From the human T2T-CHM13v2.0 reference genome, Homo sapiens, in assembly GCF_009914755.1 (NCBI RefSeq), contig NC_060929.1: 64,000 bases of DNA; one strand, given 5' to 3'. This document shows, one piece after another, positions 31,147 to 46,299 of the stretch (positions are counted from its first letter, which is position 1; every line of letters begins with the position of its first letter). The notes beneath the pieces were generated by a model that was given only the letters and a program-made list of their open reading frames with translations, did not search any database and was not told where the DNA came from. A program made the position numbers and the translations under genes.

Positions 31147-34100
31147 GAATCTTCAAACAATACACTGTTACCTTTTGACTGTACCTTTTTCTCCAGTTAC
31201 TGTATTCTACAAATATTTTTATGTTCAAAACACACAGTACAGACAGCATGGATATTTCCTGTTCACTTGTGCATGGGCTAAAACCAGGAAAACTTCCTTG
31301 TCTTATTACTTTACCTAATAGTTTCTTAATATTTCAGTGCCCCTTGCAGAAAAAATATTACATGCTAAATAAATATTCTCCATATTTTTGGGGGATGACA
31401 TTCAGTGAATTATTTCAGTGGTGACCCACTGAAAATTAATAATGGTACTTATGATTAAAAACGCATTTAATACTAACTGCAGTAGTTCTTTCAAGAATCT
31501 TTAGAGATAAGGATTGCACATTGGAAAAGTAAACCATGTTTCATTCCTTTTTCCCTATTTATATTGAAAGAAATAGGCCAGCAGAGACTTAGGGATTTTA
31601 AATTGGCTTGCTTTTTAGCTGTTTCAGTCACCAGTGAAGAGCCTATGTGCATTTTGTAGTAGATAATGTAAAATTTGTCATCTTTTTCTTTTCTTTTTTT
31701 TAGAATAGCTGATATTTTGATAACAATCTCTAATTTGCATGGGCACCACATTTCTTATATTAAAAGAATTAGTGTTTTGGCTTCTGTACTGCTTATGGTT
31801 GTAGGATTCAGGGGTTAATGGAATCACAGAAATGATATTCTGCAAGAATTTCTTTTAAATAAAAAGTTTGGGGGTGCAATATAAGAAGTTTATATAATAT
31901 GCAGTACATTATCCAAAAGAGAAGGTAGTTAATGCAGTAGAAAGTAGTGGTAATAATTCCTTTTTAAAAAAATTTCGGTAGTCATATAGTAACATTTTGC
32001 TATATGAAAACTTTGGTATATTCTGTGGTTACAACTAAGATTGTGTCTGGCAGCTCTTTTTTGGGGATGTGTGTGTGTGATTTTTAACAGAGGTATTAAA
32101 GGCTAGCCTAACTGTTGTCTAAAAAGATTGTACAGTATTTAAGGGATTTTCCTTTTAGCTTTTCATCTCCAGTGGCATTAAACATAAAAAGACCCTGGCA
32201 TTTTTTCACATACTTGAATCCCTAAATGCACCTGTCTTTCACTTTTTGAGACAGACTGAATATATCTAAAATTTCCAGCAATAAAAAAAAAAGCATTTAA
32301 CTTGCACCAAGCAAGAAAATATAAATACAGTTAACTGCATTAAGATAATCACGTTAAAATTGTTACTATGCAGCACAGAACTTCATTCTTATAGTATTCT
32401 TGGGTTCAACCTTTGAATCAATTTTACCACTGATTAAATAAATGACTCAAAGACATCTGTAAGTCATGCTGCTGTGTTTTGAAAGTCTTTAACTAAATTA
32501 AGATTGCAGAATGATAGTGATTATTCAATTAGATTTTAAGTAAGGATTGTGATATTAGAGGCTGGAAATCCTTATTTTTTAAAAAATCAGATAGGCATAA
32601 ATAGTTAAATCACTTTCATTCTCCCCAAACCTGTAGTTACAGAAAAAGTTTTATGCTAGAGGTGGGATGCCAAGTTTTCACTATCCATGAAGCAGCGCTG
32701 CATGTCACTAGGTAACACAGATCCATCCAGATGGTGTTTACATTTGATTTATTTGGGATCTTATTGACATCAGGTATACTTGGAAGACATTTCTTTTATT
32801 CTTCAGCGTATGAATTTAAAGCTATTTTTTGTAAATATTTCTAATCAGCGATAATTTCTACCTATGTTCTCAACCAACTTAGCCAGTTTGTTTTTCAGAG
32901 CCTGTAGTCTTATTGGAAATCTATTTTATCAGTGTGCTTTATTGAGTGTGGATTTTGCATACATTCAAAACATTAACCACAAAATACAGCAAGTGCACCT
33001 ATATTCACCATTAACTTATATCCCAAGTCCATTTTTTCCTGTACACTACAAACAAAAGATATATTAGAGACTTTTGAAAAATGCTGAAATACTTTGCTTC
33101 AGAATTGGAATGTTTATATTATGTAGAAATCTTCAAAGGTAGCATTATTAAATAGCAAAGAATAATTAGAACCCACATATCTTTTTTTGTGTGGATGGGG
33201 AAAATGTTTTAAAATCCAGTTATTTAATATGAGTTTGAGAGAGAAAATTGTTTTTTAAAAATATATGTGCATTGAAATGATGGCAATGCTTATAGTATGA
33301 TCAAGTATGAAAGGAACTTTAAATTCTTATATTTACTTTTCTCTCAGTAAATTGTTAAATTTTCACTCAGCAAAAGATTGGCATTTGTTAAGTGTTCTAT
33401 ATTTAGTACTAAAATCACAGTCATGAAATCATAGTCATAAAATGGTCTTCACACAGCAGTCATCCGTGTCATTTATCATTTTGTAATATTAAATTATGGC
33501 AATTTTATTTCAAACTAAAGTTTGAACACCGGAAAGTCATTACTCAGTGATTTGTAATTTGGGACTTGGATTATTTATCTAGAGATGTTTGTATATTTTG
33601 TCAGTAACTAATACTGCGCTGCCATCATGGTGACTGTCATGGTTCTACAGAAATGCCCTCCATGTGTCCCTCTAATGTTGCATGTTTCAGTGGGTTGGAA
33701 GTTTTGTATATTTATTGTATTAACACAGAGTGTCATAAAATAAAATGCTGTTTACTGGATGTTTGTTTGTATAATTTTGAACACTATAATAGCAATTCAG
33801 AGACAGACATTGTTAAAGGTTTGATGTATATAGAAATTCCATGTTTGATTTTTTAAAATATGTGTATAAGTCTGTCATGTGCTAAACAAAATAATATGAA
33901 AGACCTAGTTAAAAATTCTAACCAATGTAAAATGACCATTTTTCTGTTGCATTAGACCTTTACAGGTAATGGAACATGAGCTTCACCCATATTAAATATT
34001 TTGGCCCCTTTAAGGTCAAAATACAGATCATCTAGAAGTTAGATTCAAAATGGAAAACCTATTCATGGCTCAGATTTTTCATTGTGGGTTAAAAATGGGT

Positions 34101-35238
34101 GTCTCTGTACTAGTATTGTATTTATTCAATTGAACTTGTATTCTGATTTCTAACCTTGCTACCTATTGCTGTTTTATGTACTGATGAAAGTACCTATTTG
34201 TGTATATTGGATTTTTCACTTGGTTAGCTAAAGAAGATGTAAAAATATCTAAAATAATGTTCATGGTGAATCTTATTTTGAGAAATACATGTTAAAAAAG
34301 GAACAGTATTCTTTATTTTCTGGGTGTTATATTTAAAAAAGCAAGTTTGGATTTTTACACCTAATTTACTAGGAAAATATTTTATTCTGTAATTCATGTT
34401 AAGATTATGTATGGTTTGCATTTTAAGGGGATTTATGTTAGGTTAATTAGTTGTTTCTGTAAATCATTTGTAATAGCATAGTGCTTTTTACTCATTGCTG
34501 TATCTTTTTCTGAAAACACTGTTGTTAACATCTAATTCAGTATCCTTATTGGTACAAATCTGTGTTTGGCATGACTGTTTATATACAGAATTTGTTACAT
34601 TTTGAGCATTTTTTCCCCTGCTTATGTATACCTTAGAGTTACCATGGCTGTCATATACCATTTCACTATATCTCCTTTCAGTTTTTCCTTAAGGAAAATG
34701 TTTAGAGGAATTTGTTCATTTCATGTGATTAAGCCCTTTAGAGATGAAATAAGATTGGTTAATTTTAAAAAAATTGAGGATGGTTAAAAAATAGAAAACA
34801 CCTTACTTTGATACATTTTAAAGTACAATAGTATACATTTATTTAGAGTAGACTAATGTGTTTAAAACATGAGTTGTTTTAAATACTTTTTTATTGAGCT
34901 AAAAAGTTTTATCTCACATATTAAGTATTACAGAAAGTGAAGTATTTTGGCTAGAATTTTAGGGCATATTTTATAAAGCAGCATGCCTGTAATATTGGTG
35001 GGTATTTTTAAACTTTAGGACTTTATCACAGTATGTAGAGAGCTAGAAATAAATCTAGAAACTTTCTAAGCCAGGTATTGCCACTAACCTGTCTTATATA
35101 AGCAGATACCTCTTATTTGAAGATTGTAGGAAAATAGAGAAAGACTGTTCTCCAGTTTTCTCACCCCCGCTGTGGGTTTTATATTTACAATTTAACTTTG
35201 GGGTTTGGGTAAGACAAACATTTAATGTATAGGATTTT

Positions 35239-35564
<326 letters not shown>

Positions 35565-36190
35565 TCAAATGGCAAGGGAACATGGGAACTATCATGTGGC
35601 AATGTAGTGAGTGTTAAACTTTGTGTTTGTCCAAATCCTGATTTATTTTTCAGTTCATATCTTTCTGGGCTTGACATGGCTGATGGTGTAGCTGAAACCC
35701 TCCTAACACTAAAAGCCATTTAATCTTTTCTGTAATAGGAGCAGAAAATAGTTAATCATCCACCTAGTAATATAAGATTACTGTGAATATTATCTTCTAT
35801 ACATTAAAACAGTTCTAGTTTGTAGAATAATACCATACAAGTTTTATTTTTAAATTCTAGTTATTTTCAGTGCTTACTTAAATGTAATTCTAGAATTCCT
35901 CCACAACTTTTAATATTTTGTATGCCAGTGATTCTCAAGATAAATCATGATTGTAGTAGTTGTTACTGTTGGCAGTTTGTAGTAGTATTCAGGTATTTTG
36001 GGGATGGGGGAAAACACCAAAAATCAGTGTCTTTTATCTGGTGATCACTGTGGTATCTACAGTATTCTAGTCTCCTGCACAAAAACTGAACCCACTGGGC
36101 CTATGCATCCCTCACACTTTTTTTCTAGTATAAAAGCAATACATAATGTGTTGTAGAACAATTAAAAATTCAGAAAGTGATACATGAGAA

Positions 36191-36202
36191 AATAAAAATA
36201 AA
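36191..36202 (+). terminator. Probable distal SCAMP1 polyadenylation signal (tandem AATAAA)
   Basis: AATAAAAATAAA followed by T/GT-rich sequence (36240-36290). Confidence 0.65.
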
Positions 36203-39200
36203 TCCTTAATTCTGTCATCTTGGGGTACCTCTGCTAATATTTTATTGTCTTCCATTCTTTTTCTATGCATATGTGTTTTGTTTAGTTAAGAGATATAAGC
36301 AATATGGATTTTTAAAAACCTTATTTTCCCCTCACTTAGCTTTATGTCATAATGGCGCAATAGTTTAGTTTTTTAAATTAACTTTTTTAATTTATAAAAT
36401 TAATGTATATTTCAGTATAAATTATAGAAAATATAAGCAAAAGAAATAACCAAAATTCTCATAATTTTACATCCATGAATAACTTCTATTAAAATCTGGT
36501 TTATATCTTTCTATTTTTCTAGGAAGACAACTTCCTAATATTAAAAATGAGATGACCCCGTACATCCTTGTACATCCTTTAGGGATGTCTACCTACTCCT
36601 CAAAAGCCCCACTTCTTTGGGTCCTTAAAGTCCACATTGGTACTGGATGTCATCTGGCCATAGTGGACTCATTCCTGGCTTATCAGTTTTTTATTCTGAA
36701 TGTAGATATGTCTAGAACTCTACTGTTCCAGAATTGGAACATAAGAGGTAGCCATTTTCTGCCATGAGGAAGGAATCACCAAGAAAGCTGGTCTGCAATG
36801 AAAATGAAGAATGAAACAGACATAACAGGAGATGTAAAATGAATGACATAGAAAAGATCTTAGTGGCTTTCCTTTTCCTTTATGGAGCCCTACTTCTCAC
36901 CCTTATCCCATTATCCTCATAATCTTACCGCTTTTTCTCCCTCAACTATCTTGAATTGGTTTCTTATTACTTTTAACTGGAGGATCTTAACACAACAGTT
37001 TATCTTATTTCAGTTATGATATAAATATGTATTGAAGATTTTAATATCTCTGAATATATTTCTGTAACATTTAGTATAGCTATATAGCTAACATCATATG
37101 TATGTATCATAAAGTCTTGTTATTCCTTTAGGTTCTGATTTTCAGGGTTTTAAAGTTATAAATAATTTATCAAGGAATATATTGTTGCTAAATTTGGGGA
37201 CTCGGGCTTTTGTTTTTTCTTTAGGACAGATTGCTGAGTTAAAGGGTATTATGCATAGTTTTTAAAGCACCTTTCATGTGCTTTGCCAAGTTGCTCTCCA
37301 GAAAAATTTTATCCATATGTAACTCCATCAGCAATGTACGGAAAGGCCTCTTTCTTCACATCCTTGGCCAGCATTGGATGTTCCTTTTCTAAAAAGTCTT
37401 TTATCCCAATAGATTTTGACAAATCAGGTTTCTTTTCTGAGCATTCTGGTTTCACATGGCTTATGTGCTCACCCAATGCTACCGGTTTGTTTGTTTGTTT
37501 TTGTTTTTGCTAAATAGGAGTAACTGAGTACCCTGCATCCACTGAGAAATCTTCTGCTTCCTGAAAGCTCTAAGGTAAAGATAATTAGCTGAATGCTCTG
37601 TTATAACAGGATGGAAAAAGAAATGGTGGCCTCAGGTAGCCAATCCACTGAGTCTCTCCAGGTAAAATTACACTGGTTTCGACAAGTTATGTTACCTTTC
37701 ATAGAATGTAATTTTAAAATGATATTAGTCTGGGTGGGTAGTATTTTCTTAGTTTTTTTCTAATAATAGCTTATTGTGGGCTTAATTATATACCAGTGTT
37801 CTGTACTAAATGCTTTATATACATCACTTAATTTTCATACCAAACTTGTGATATAATTTCTGTTGTTGGCTCTGTTTTTGTAGAGTTCTAGGAAATTACC
37901 CCAAGGTCACTCAGTGAGTGGTGGTGGTGAAGGGCTGGAGAGGGATGATGGGAACAGGCAGGTCCCCTGACTCCTGCCAAGCGTGGCTGCCCCACCATGC
38001 CGCCTCGTTCCAGTTGTCTTCCCTTTCATCCTTCCACATTTCCAGTCATTCATGTCCATCCTTTAGGGACAACAGATACTAGAAAAAAAATCAACAAAAA
38101 AAATTTTTACATATATTTTTGAAGTCTCCAGACCAAATGCTAACACCTGCCACCTAAAGGTGAGTACCTGCTGCCCATTCTTCAGCAGTGTAAATTTACT
38201 AAAGGGTCTTTGGCGTTTGTGTGTTTGGAGAAACTTTAGTCGAGGACAAATCCTTATTATTAGGTTAAATATGCTTCTTATGTGATTATAATAGTTGCTT
38301 ACCCTGAATGAGAGATTATTTATACTAAGAAAACAATAAAAACTGTCAAAGCCTATCATTTATTTTCCCACTGTCACATACTTAATGAATTTCTTGTGTC
38401 TGTTTTCAGGATTGAGCTAAATCATGATTGATAAATTGAGACATATGGTGTCATCTTCAAAATTATGAAAAATCACTAGGTGTTTTCTCTGAAAGGGAGG
38501 AAGAAGCAGTGTTTTCATCAGTTGTGATGGTGAGGCCCTTTTGGAGTTTTATTTGGAAGTTATTCTAAGTGTTTACAATGTAGAGATATTGCCCAGGAGT
38601 TTGCATTGGCTGCCTTCCCACCTTGTGCATTCCAGGTAGAAGGAAACAACAGCAGTTTGAGTGAGTTGCCTTTGGTGTCAAACATATATCTGAGCTTTGG
38701 CTTTTCCGCTTATTAGCTTTCTAACCTGGGATACATTATTTAACCTCAGTTATTTAAGTGACAGTTATCTGTAAAACGATAGTAACAGTTTCTATCTCAT
38801 AGGATTTTGATGAATAAATGAATTTTATGAAGTATTTAGCATAGTATCTGCCCATAGAAGTTGCACAATAACTAAGGACACTTACCATCTCTCAGGTGTA
38901 TTGATGACTCCCAAATCTCTCTCTCTCCTTAGTATAGTCCTAGCTGCACACAGGACTTCTACATTGGCAGCCTAAGCTGAACCTCCTCACCTTCATTGTC
39001 CCTGCTTCTTCTGGAGTCTTCATCTTGGTGATCACATCACCTTCCACTCAGTGTCTACGCTAAATACCTGGCTGTCATCCTAGACTCTTTCCTCTCCTTC
39101 CTCTCCACTTCTGATCAGTCACCTGCCCATTCTTTTTCCCTAACATAGAATTCATCCCATTGACTGTCCTTTACCATCACTGCCTTAATTCAGGCTTTCG

Positions 39201-40705
39201 TCTCTTGTGAATAAAATCATAGTGGTTTCCCCTAAACATAGGCATTTGGACTGCCTACCTGTAGGTGTTCAATTTTTCAGGATGTTTGGCTAGAAAAAGC
39301 TAAAAAGCTGCTAATAGCAATGTGTTACTTGATTGACTTTTCTTTCCCATGTGGTTTTGGTTTCACTACTTCCTCTTTTTGTGTGCTTTTATCTGTGTCC
39401 TGTGTACCTTAGTAAAATTGGCAGTTCTTGTCTGCAAGACTTATCTTGCACAACTGTTCAGGGTAAGGAGAGGAAGTTGCAAGGAAGAAGATAGTAGTAG
39501 GGGGAGCAGTGGGATGGCTCTGCCAAATGACTCAGCTGCTAGTGAGGGCCTCTGAAATAAAGTTATTGGTTCTTACTGCTTTGAAGAGTAAAGTTTGCTT
39601 TGATACCCTACCCTTCATTGTTTGAGAGTTGAAAAAGATTGTTTGAAACTACTGAAATAATATCCACATAAAATATCCACGTTAGTAAGGACCGTTGTAA
39701 GTGGTTGTTTGGTTAAGCAAAAACTTTAAGGGGGTGTAGGTGTAATTTGAATGCAGCATGTTCCAGAAAGATCAGTGTGGAAAGTGGACCTAGTAGCAGA
39801 ATTGCTAGATAACAACTAAGGATGGGAAGCGGGGGAAGCACATGGGAGGATTCCCCAGCTTCTGCTAAAATTCAACCAGGGTCCATTCTCTGTGTGGATT
39901 AACTTTTGGGGAATATAATAACAGCTGAAAAAGCAATGGAAATTTTCTAATTTTTCTTGGGTTATTCAAATCATGATTATTTGGAAAACTGTGTGTGGTT
40001 TTTTTAAACTGATATGGGTAACTTTGTCAGCTTTTATTAGAAACCAAAACATGAATCTAATTTCAACTGTCATAGGCCCTAGATCAGGGGAAGAAACTGC
40101 CTTTTTTTGGTATGAAATAATAAATGCTTCATGGGATACAGAGAGTTGAGAGTTGAGAAGGGCATTTAGTGTCATTCTTGAGTTTATAAATTAGAATTCC
40201 ACCTCTTCTGGATGAGGGTTTATATGGCCAGGATTACCTTCAGGAAACATGGATGTGGAATGGCACCGTATCATTGGCTTTTATTTTTAGGGATGTTGTT
40301 GGAAGAGGAGGATGTGTCTTTCAGTTAACTTTTCCCCTTGTCATTGTTACATATTTATGTTTGAAAATCCCTTTTTAATACTTCGGAGCATTTTCATATT
40401 TCATAGCTTTACTTTAAAATATATGTTTACAATACTTGAGATGTTTTTTCCTATTTACAATTGTGTTGATGCTTCTTCAAGGAAGAAATACATACTTGAC
40501 GTTAAAGAAAGATAGCCCAGGGTAGGGACATATATGTTACTAGTGAATGGGATAGTTTAAAATACCTGAATATCTTTTTTCCATTCATCAATATTACATG
40601 TAAGTTAGTGTTTAAAATAAATGTTGACTGATTGATAGGTATTTTCTTGATCAGATTATACACATCATATTGAAGCCAGTATACTCAGACTTGAAAGAAT
40701 AAGAA

Positions 40706-43700
40706 TGAATTGCAAAATCTGGTTTAATTAAGATCTGGGGAGGGGAGCACATAGTGAAAATACATATGCACAGGAACCAAATCAATGCTAGACAATGTAT
40801 TAGTTTACAATATAATAGGATAACTACAAGTTTGAAGGCTCAAATTGAGTCCATCAGCTGTAAATACAATTTTATATTTGGCTCAAGTGGCTGTTGAATA
40901 TCAAGTGGTGCCGAGTCCCTCCAGAGCACCTACTGACCCCCTCAGCCTTGGAAGGAGTTTCACCACAGTCTCAGAAGAAATCCCAGTCGTGCCTTTAACT
41001 CTTTTGGCCCTTGGGAGTCATTGCAACCCCAATACAAATGCCGGCCCAGGGATTTCCAGTGGCCACAAGTTATTGCACAGAGAGGTCTGTTCTAAGCCAG
41101 ACTCTTACAGCTAAGGAGGTGTGAGATTAGCCCTTAAATACTGGTCTAGCATTAGCATGGTCTATAAAAGCATGTTAAGAAATAGCTCCTCAGTGATTAT
41201 GTACCAGCTACTAGTTATCCTACTAAGAGAAAAGGCAACATGGCAGCTTCACATTTCACATGAAAGACTAGCATTAACTGGGCCTGGCGTGCGGGCTTAA
41301 CTTTGACATAACACTAGCGATTATTTTAGACCCAGGAAAAAATGATTTCATACCAGTCTTTTCTTCACATAAGATTTGTGTAGCATTAAAATTATGGGTT
41401 ACTGAATAAGCCATGAAGGCAAAAATGTGGAACTCTCCTTTGCCAAAACAGAAACAAACATCCCTGTTTTGACTCCTGTCCAGTTTCCAAAACAAAACAA
41501 CAAAACATACATACACCTTTGTTATTGCACATCTTTCACACAAACTTGTGTATGTATAATATACATATATATTTTTAAATATGCTACACATAAAAAAAGA
41601 CTATGGCACTTTACAGAATATATGTTTAACAAAGATCATTACACCACAGATGTTTGAAAACTATACAAAAACCCTTATACAATTAATGCAACATTGTTTG
41701 AATTATTAGCACACAGGTTTAAAGAATCCACAGAATCCAAGGCAAATATTTCTGCCTCAGAGTTCATTGAGAAGCGCAGCCCATCCCATCCCGTCATGAG
41801 ACTTTCTTTAAGCCAATTTCAGGCAAAATAAATAAGACTTTCCTGGTAGTAATAATGGTCCTATTTATTAGAAAAATAAGTGTGAGCCAACAATCTATTT
41901 TTAACATTTCTTTCTAGCATATTCCTCATACCCAGTGGTTTTTAAACAGCTGTGTGGAAGAGCATGGTTTAGACTAGCATGATTTTAGATGGTCCTTTCA
42001 TCCCAAGCCTGGCTAATGGATTCAAGGTTTAAAAGTCCCAACATTACCTTTTTACTATTTACTAAGTCAGTGTTTAGGTAGTTTTTAGTGGTTTGGGGTT
42101 GTGTGTGTGTGCATGCCTGTGCTTTTGTCTTCTGTTGCATTCAGATTAATAACATAAACACTATCGAGTGAGTTTATTATGGCCAAGAAGTCACACTCCC
42201 TTGTGACTGTTCCCAGGTTGATCTAGAGGTACACTGCCACCTTAGCCAAAGAGCAGGTGATGGACATGCTCGGAGGATCCTGTGAGCTTAGGACTTAACT
42301 TGTAAGGACACTGAGATTGTAAACCTAGTGTCAGAAAATGGTTTCTCTATCCAAGAAAGAAAGAAAAGTGAGTCTTCTGATAAGTTTATGGAAAAATTTT
42401 GTGTTTTTCATCAAGGTTTGAGACTTGGTTAGAACATTATAAATGTACACACAGAGACAGAAGCTTTGTCCAGTGGCTCCTCCAGCCTCTTTCTGTGTGG
42501 TGTTAGAGATATGGTTAAGGTTTCCTAGGCTGCTATGAAGATACCCGTTTTTTTCTTCACCAAAATCACAGGATTTACATCTCACTCACTTTGAATTTTG
42601 GTTCAGGAATGGGAAACTCATTAAGGCTAGTTCCACACCTCCCACCCCTTTTGCCCTTAGCCCTTAATCTGTGAGAAGATGGTTTCTCATATAGGCCAAA
42701 CACCAGAATGTAGTAAAACTGCGGTTGTCCCATTCCATCTCTCTATAATTATCTGTTCTGCACCAAGATACGGTGCTTTAGACTCAGACAGCTTTAACAT
42801 GATTCACTCAGGGCAAGGTTGCAAACTCTGAAGTCAGGGTTGTATAGCTGGTAGCACAATACCTTGTCCACAGAAGGTACTTTTTCAAAACAAAGTCCTC
42901 AAGTGAGCAGATTAATGAACCCAAATACCTACACTTTTTCTCCTTCCAGAAATCTGGCAGTTCCATCTCACTTTCTTAAAGTGCTAAGGAGTGTTTCTGT
43001 ATCATGATACAATTTTGAAGCTCCCATAATGTCAGAGTAGCTTGTTTCTGTGCTGCTCTGGTCATTCTGAGATACTATCTTCCTGAATCAGTGATATTGG
43101 TAATTTATGGAAAGTAGATTAAAAACCCCTGAATCCTTATTCATAGTGGTATTTGATTCTTTTTGTAAACAGGTGTAGGCAGTGCTGTGACCTTGATCTA
43201 GCGCCTCTTTTTGAATTAACTTTGTCCTCTGTGCTTTCCTGGAATTAAGGTCTTGGCTGCAGTTCTTCAGTTGCAGCAATTTAATGTTATCTCAGTCTGC
43301 TTTCAGGATCAACACCAGTAACTACAAAAACTTAACTCCCATAACTAGCTTCTTTTTGTTGTAGAATGCCATTCTGCTACTGTCGGGATTGGAAATAGAG
43401 CTGACTACAGCATGGTCACCAAACTGGGAGTAAAGGTCTCCCCCCAAGTGCCGAGATTCTGGCAGGTCCTCCCAGTGAACATCTGCATAAGCCACAGCTA
43501 GCTTGGAGACCCTCAGTCCCTGGAAGGAGGAAACAGTGAGGTTTCCTTTCGCAGTCAAAGCACAATCCTAACCTTAGAAGAAAAACATGTGATCTCCAGA
43601 AGAAGAGGAGACTGGGCCAGAACTGGTGCTAGCCTGGCTGCTGGGAAGAAGAAAAAATACGTCTTCACTAGCAAGATTTCATATTTTTGTTCTCATATGA

Positions 43701-44374
43701 TTGTATAGGTCCTTATTGTTTCTTTACTCAAATTTCTAAAATCTCTGGAGTGACAGTTCAGTTGATCCACCTTACCCTAGGATTCAGCCTAGAATAAGTT
43801 CCACAGCATGACTCCACGCCATCCCTGCTGACCCCTTTGGTCAGCTAAGCAAAAGACAGTGTCTTGCTGTGCCCTTTAGCACACATCCTGTCCCCAGTAA
43901 GTTTATAGTTTTCTGTTCGTTGGAGACAACTTGAAAGAACAGAGGAAAACAAGAACTCCAACCCAAAACCCCATTCTGAGGCAGAGATGCTCACAAGCAA
44001 GCAGTGTTGGAGCAGAAACAGCCTGCAGATCTGGCGGACGGTCTCTTCCGTTACCAGAGAAACTGCTGCCCTAATGATTTAGATTATTATCCTTCATTGA
44101 ACCTGGGGGAGATGGAGTCTGACAGAACTTGGCAACTCCAGGTCTAGGATTATATACTATTTTCATGTTCCATTCCTTATAATGTGCACTGCAGACTGCA
44201 TGTCCAGTAACTTTGCGTAGCTGGATGTGGCCTCTCATTGGTCCTGTTTAAGCCTCGGGCCGTGGAACGTGGCTTTGGTAGGTAAAGGTTAGTTCTCCAC
44301 TTGACTCAAATGATGAAACTGTGGACTGTTTCACAAGATTACTCAAGGGAGAAAATGGCATTGTCTCTTCCAAA
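40706..44374 (-). other. LHFPL2: LHFPL2 3' UTR (end approximate)
   Basis: Repeat-poor stretch after the stop codon, ending near a minus-strand ATTAAA (40723-40728) with upstream TGTA motifs and a downstream U-rich tract. Confidence 0.7.
40723..40728 (-). terminator. Probable distal LHFPL2 poly(A) signal (ATTAAA)
   Basis: Plus-strand TTTAAT. On minus it is followed by ATTCATTCTTATTCTTTC and preceded by several TGTA elements (~40805-40870). Confidence 0.6.
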
Positions 44375-44631
44375 CTAAAGGAGGCAGATCAGGTTTTTCC
44401 CCTCTTCAATTTCTTCCTGTACTTTGTCACTAGAGGTTGCAATTTCTGCTTGTGCAGAGAAGACAGCACAGATGAAAGTGAGGACTGTGCCCCCAATGGC
44501 GGTATAAAAGGCCCAGCCCAAGGAGCAGTCTCCAGGTTTGTAGGCAGATGCATAATGTCCACAGTAGTCTATGGCCTTCTGGCAACCCCAGCCAGCAGGG
44601 TAGAGTATCAAACCGAGGATAAGGAATAGAC
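44375..44631 (-). CDS. LHFPL2: LHFPL2 (LHFPL tetraspan subfamily member 2) last exon, coding part
   Basis: Minus-strand TTCTGCAG|G acceptor at 44632/44631. Translates (G)[87 protein letters not shown]; the YPAGW and CSLGWA motifs are typical of LHFPL proteins. Confidence 0.95.
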
Positions 44632-44885
44632 CTGCAGAACAAAAGAGAAAACAGATTAGAAAATCCCCATGGTGCTACAACTGTCCAGATCTGTTGTAAT
44701 TGTTACTTGATTTGCTTGCTTTGGGCAAGGGCATCTATTCTGCAATAGAAAGTGTTGGGACTGTTTCATGCAAACTAATCTGACCTGATCAAGAAGTATC
44801 ACATTATTAGAAATATTTTCAGCCACTTTTTTACATGTTGGAATGTGAATCCACTAAATTCTCTTCTAGAAAAGCAAATTGGTAC

Positions 44886-45144
44886 TTTTCTTCTTCTTAA
44901 GACAGAGTCTCAATCTGTTGCCCAGGCAGGAGTGCAGTGGTGCAGTTGTAGCTCACTGCACTTGAACTCCTGGGCTCAAGCTATCCTCCTGTCTCAGCCT
45001 CCCAAGTAGCTCGGATTACAGGCACACACCACCACACCCGGCTAAGTTTTTAAGTAGAGATGAGGTCTTGCTATGTTGCCCAGGCTGGTCTCAAACTCCT
45101 AAGCTCAAGTGATCCTCCCACCTCGGCCTCCACCACGAGTGGCC
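44886..45144 (-). mobile_element. AluJ with internal deletions
   Basis: GAACTCCTGGGCTCAAG; GGTCTTGCTATGTTGCCCAGG. Confidence 0.85.
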
Positions 45145-45208
45145 AACTTGTTACTATGTATTCCCACAGGGCTTTTGGTGCACTGAGCATTTCTCTTTTG
45201 GTCTAAGG

Positions 45209-45395
45209 CAGATGTTGGTAAACTAAGGCCCTCAAGCCAAATGTTAACTTTATAAGTAAAGTTTTATTGGAACACAGCTGTGGCCATTCATTTTTGGATG
45301 CCTACGACTGCTTTGCTATGGTCTGCAAAATCTAAAATGTTTACTCTAAAATGTTTACTGTCTGGCTTTCTGCAGAAAGAGTTTGCCAACTCCTG
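45209..45395. mobile_element. MER58A-like hAT-Charlie MITE
   Basis: TIRs CAGATGTTGGTAAACT / AGTTTGCCAACTCCTG; perfect 8-bp TSD GTCTAAGG (45201-45208, 45396-45403). Confidence 0.85.
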
Positions 45396-45945
45396 GTCTA
45401 AGGAAATTCACACAGAACCATCTGATGTCAACCTGATTAAATGCAAGAGCAAGGGCCACGAGGGAGACCAGGTCTTTACCTGATTGTTAGTGCTTTAAGT
45501 AAGCCAGATATTTCTGTATTTATATACACATTTACAAACAAATTGCAAACTTTGTAAGGACTTTCTGTCTGCGTACTTTTAAGAGAGTGGACACTAATAA
45601 GCTTTACTTCCATTTTGCTGACCCTACTACCTTGTCATTTTAAACACCTATTTTCCTGTTCTTCACAGCATTACTGCTCACTATATAACCAGAATGCATC
45701 ACTTGAGTTATTTTTCCTGCCTAGTCCCACCAGAGCTAGGACTAGGGTGAGCCACAAAAGGAGTCGCTTGCTGACCTTCAGGTATCAGCCCTGTGCCTGC
45801 AGTGGGTGCCTCACCCTGGCTGCCAGTCACATGACAGTAGCTCCTCCCAAAAAAGCCAGAGGCCTGAAATGACAAAGGCAACCTAGGCCCCCCCAGATTT
45901 TACCCAGCAAAACTTTAAAACTTTCTTGGTAACAGATCTTCTTTA

Positions 45946-46299
<354 letters not shown>

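Noticed and set aside
44321-44642. Overlapping ORFs 44321..44629(+) and 44430..44642(-)
   Set aside because: Antisense and alternative-frame shadows of the LHFPL2 exon.
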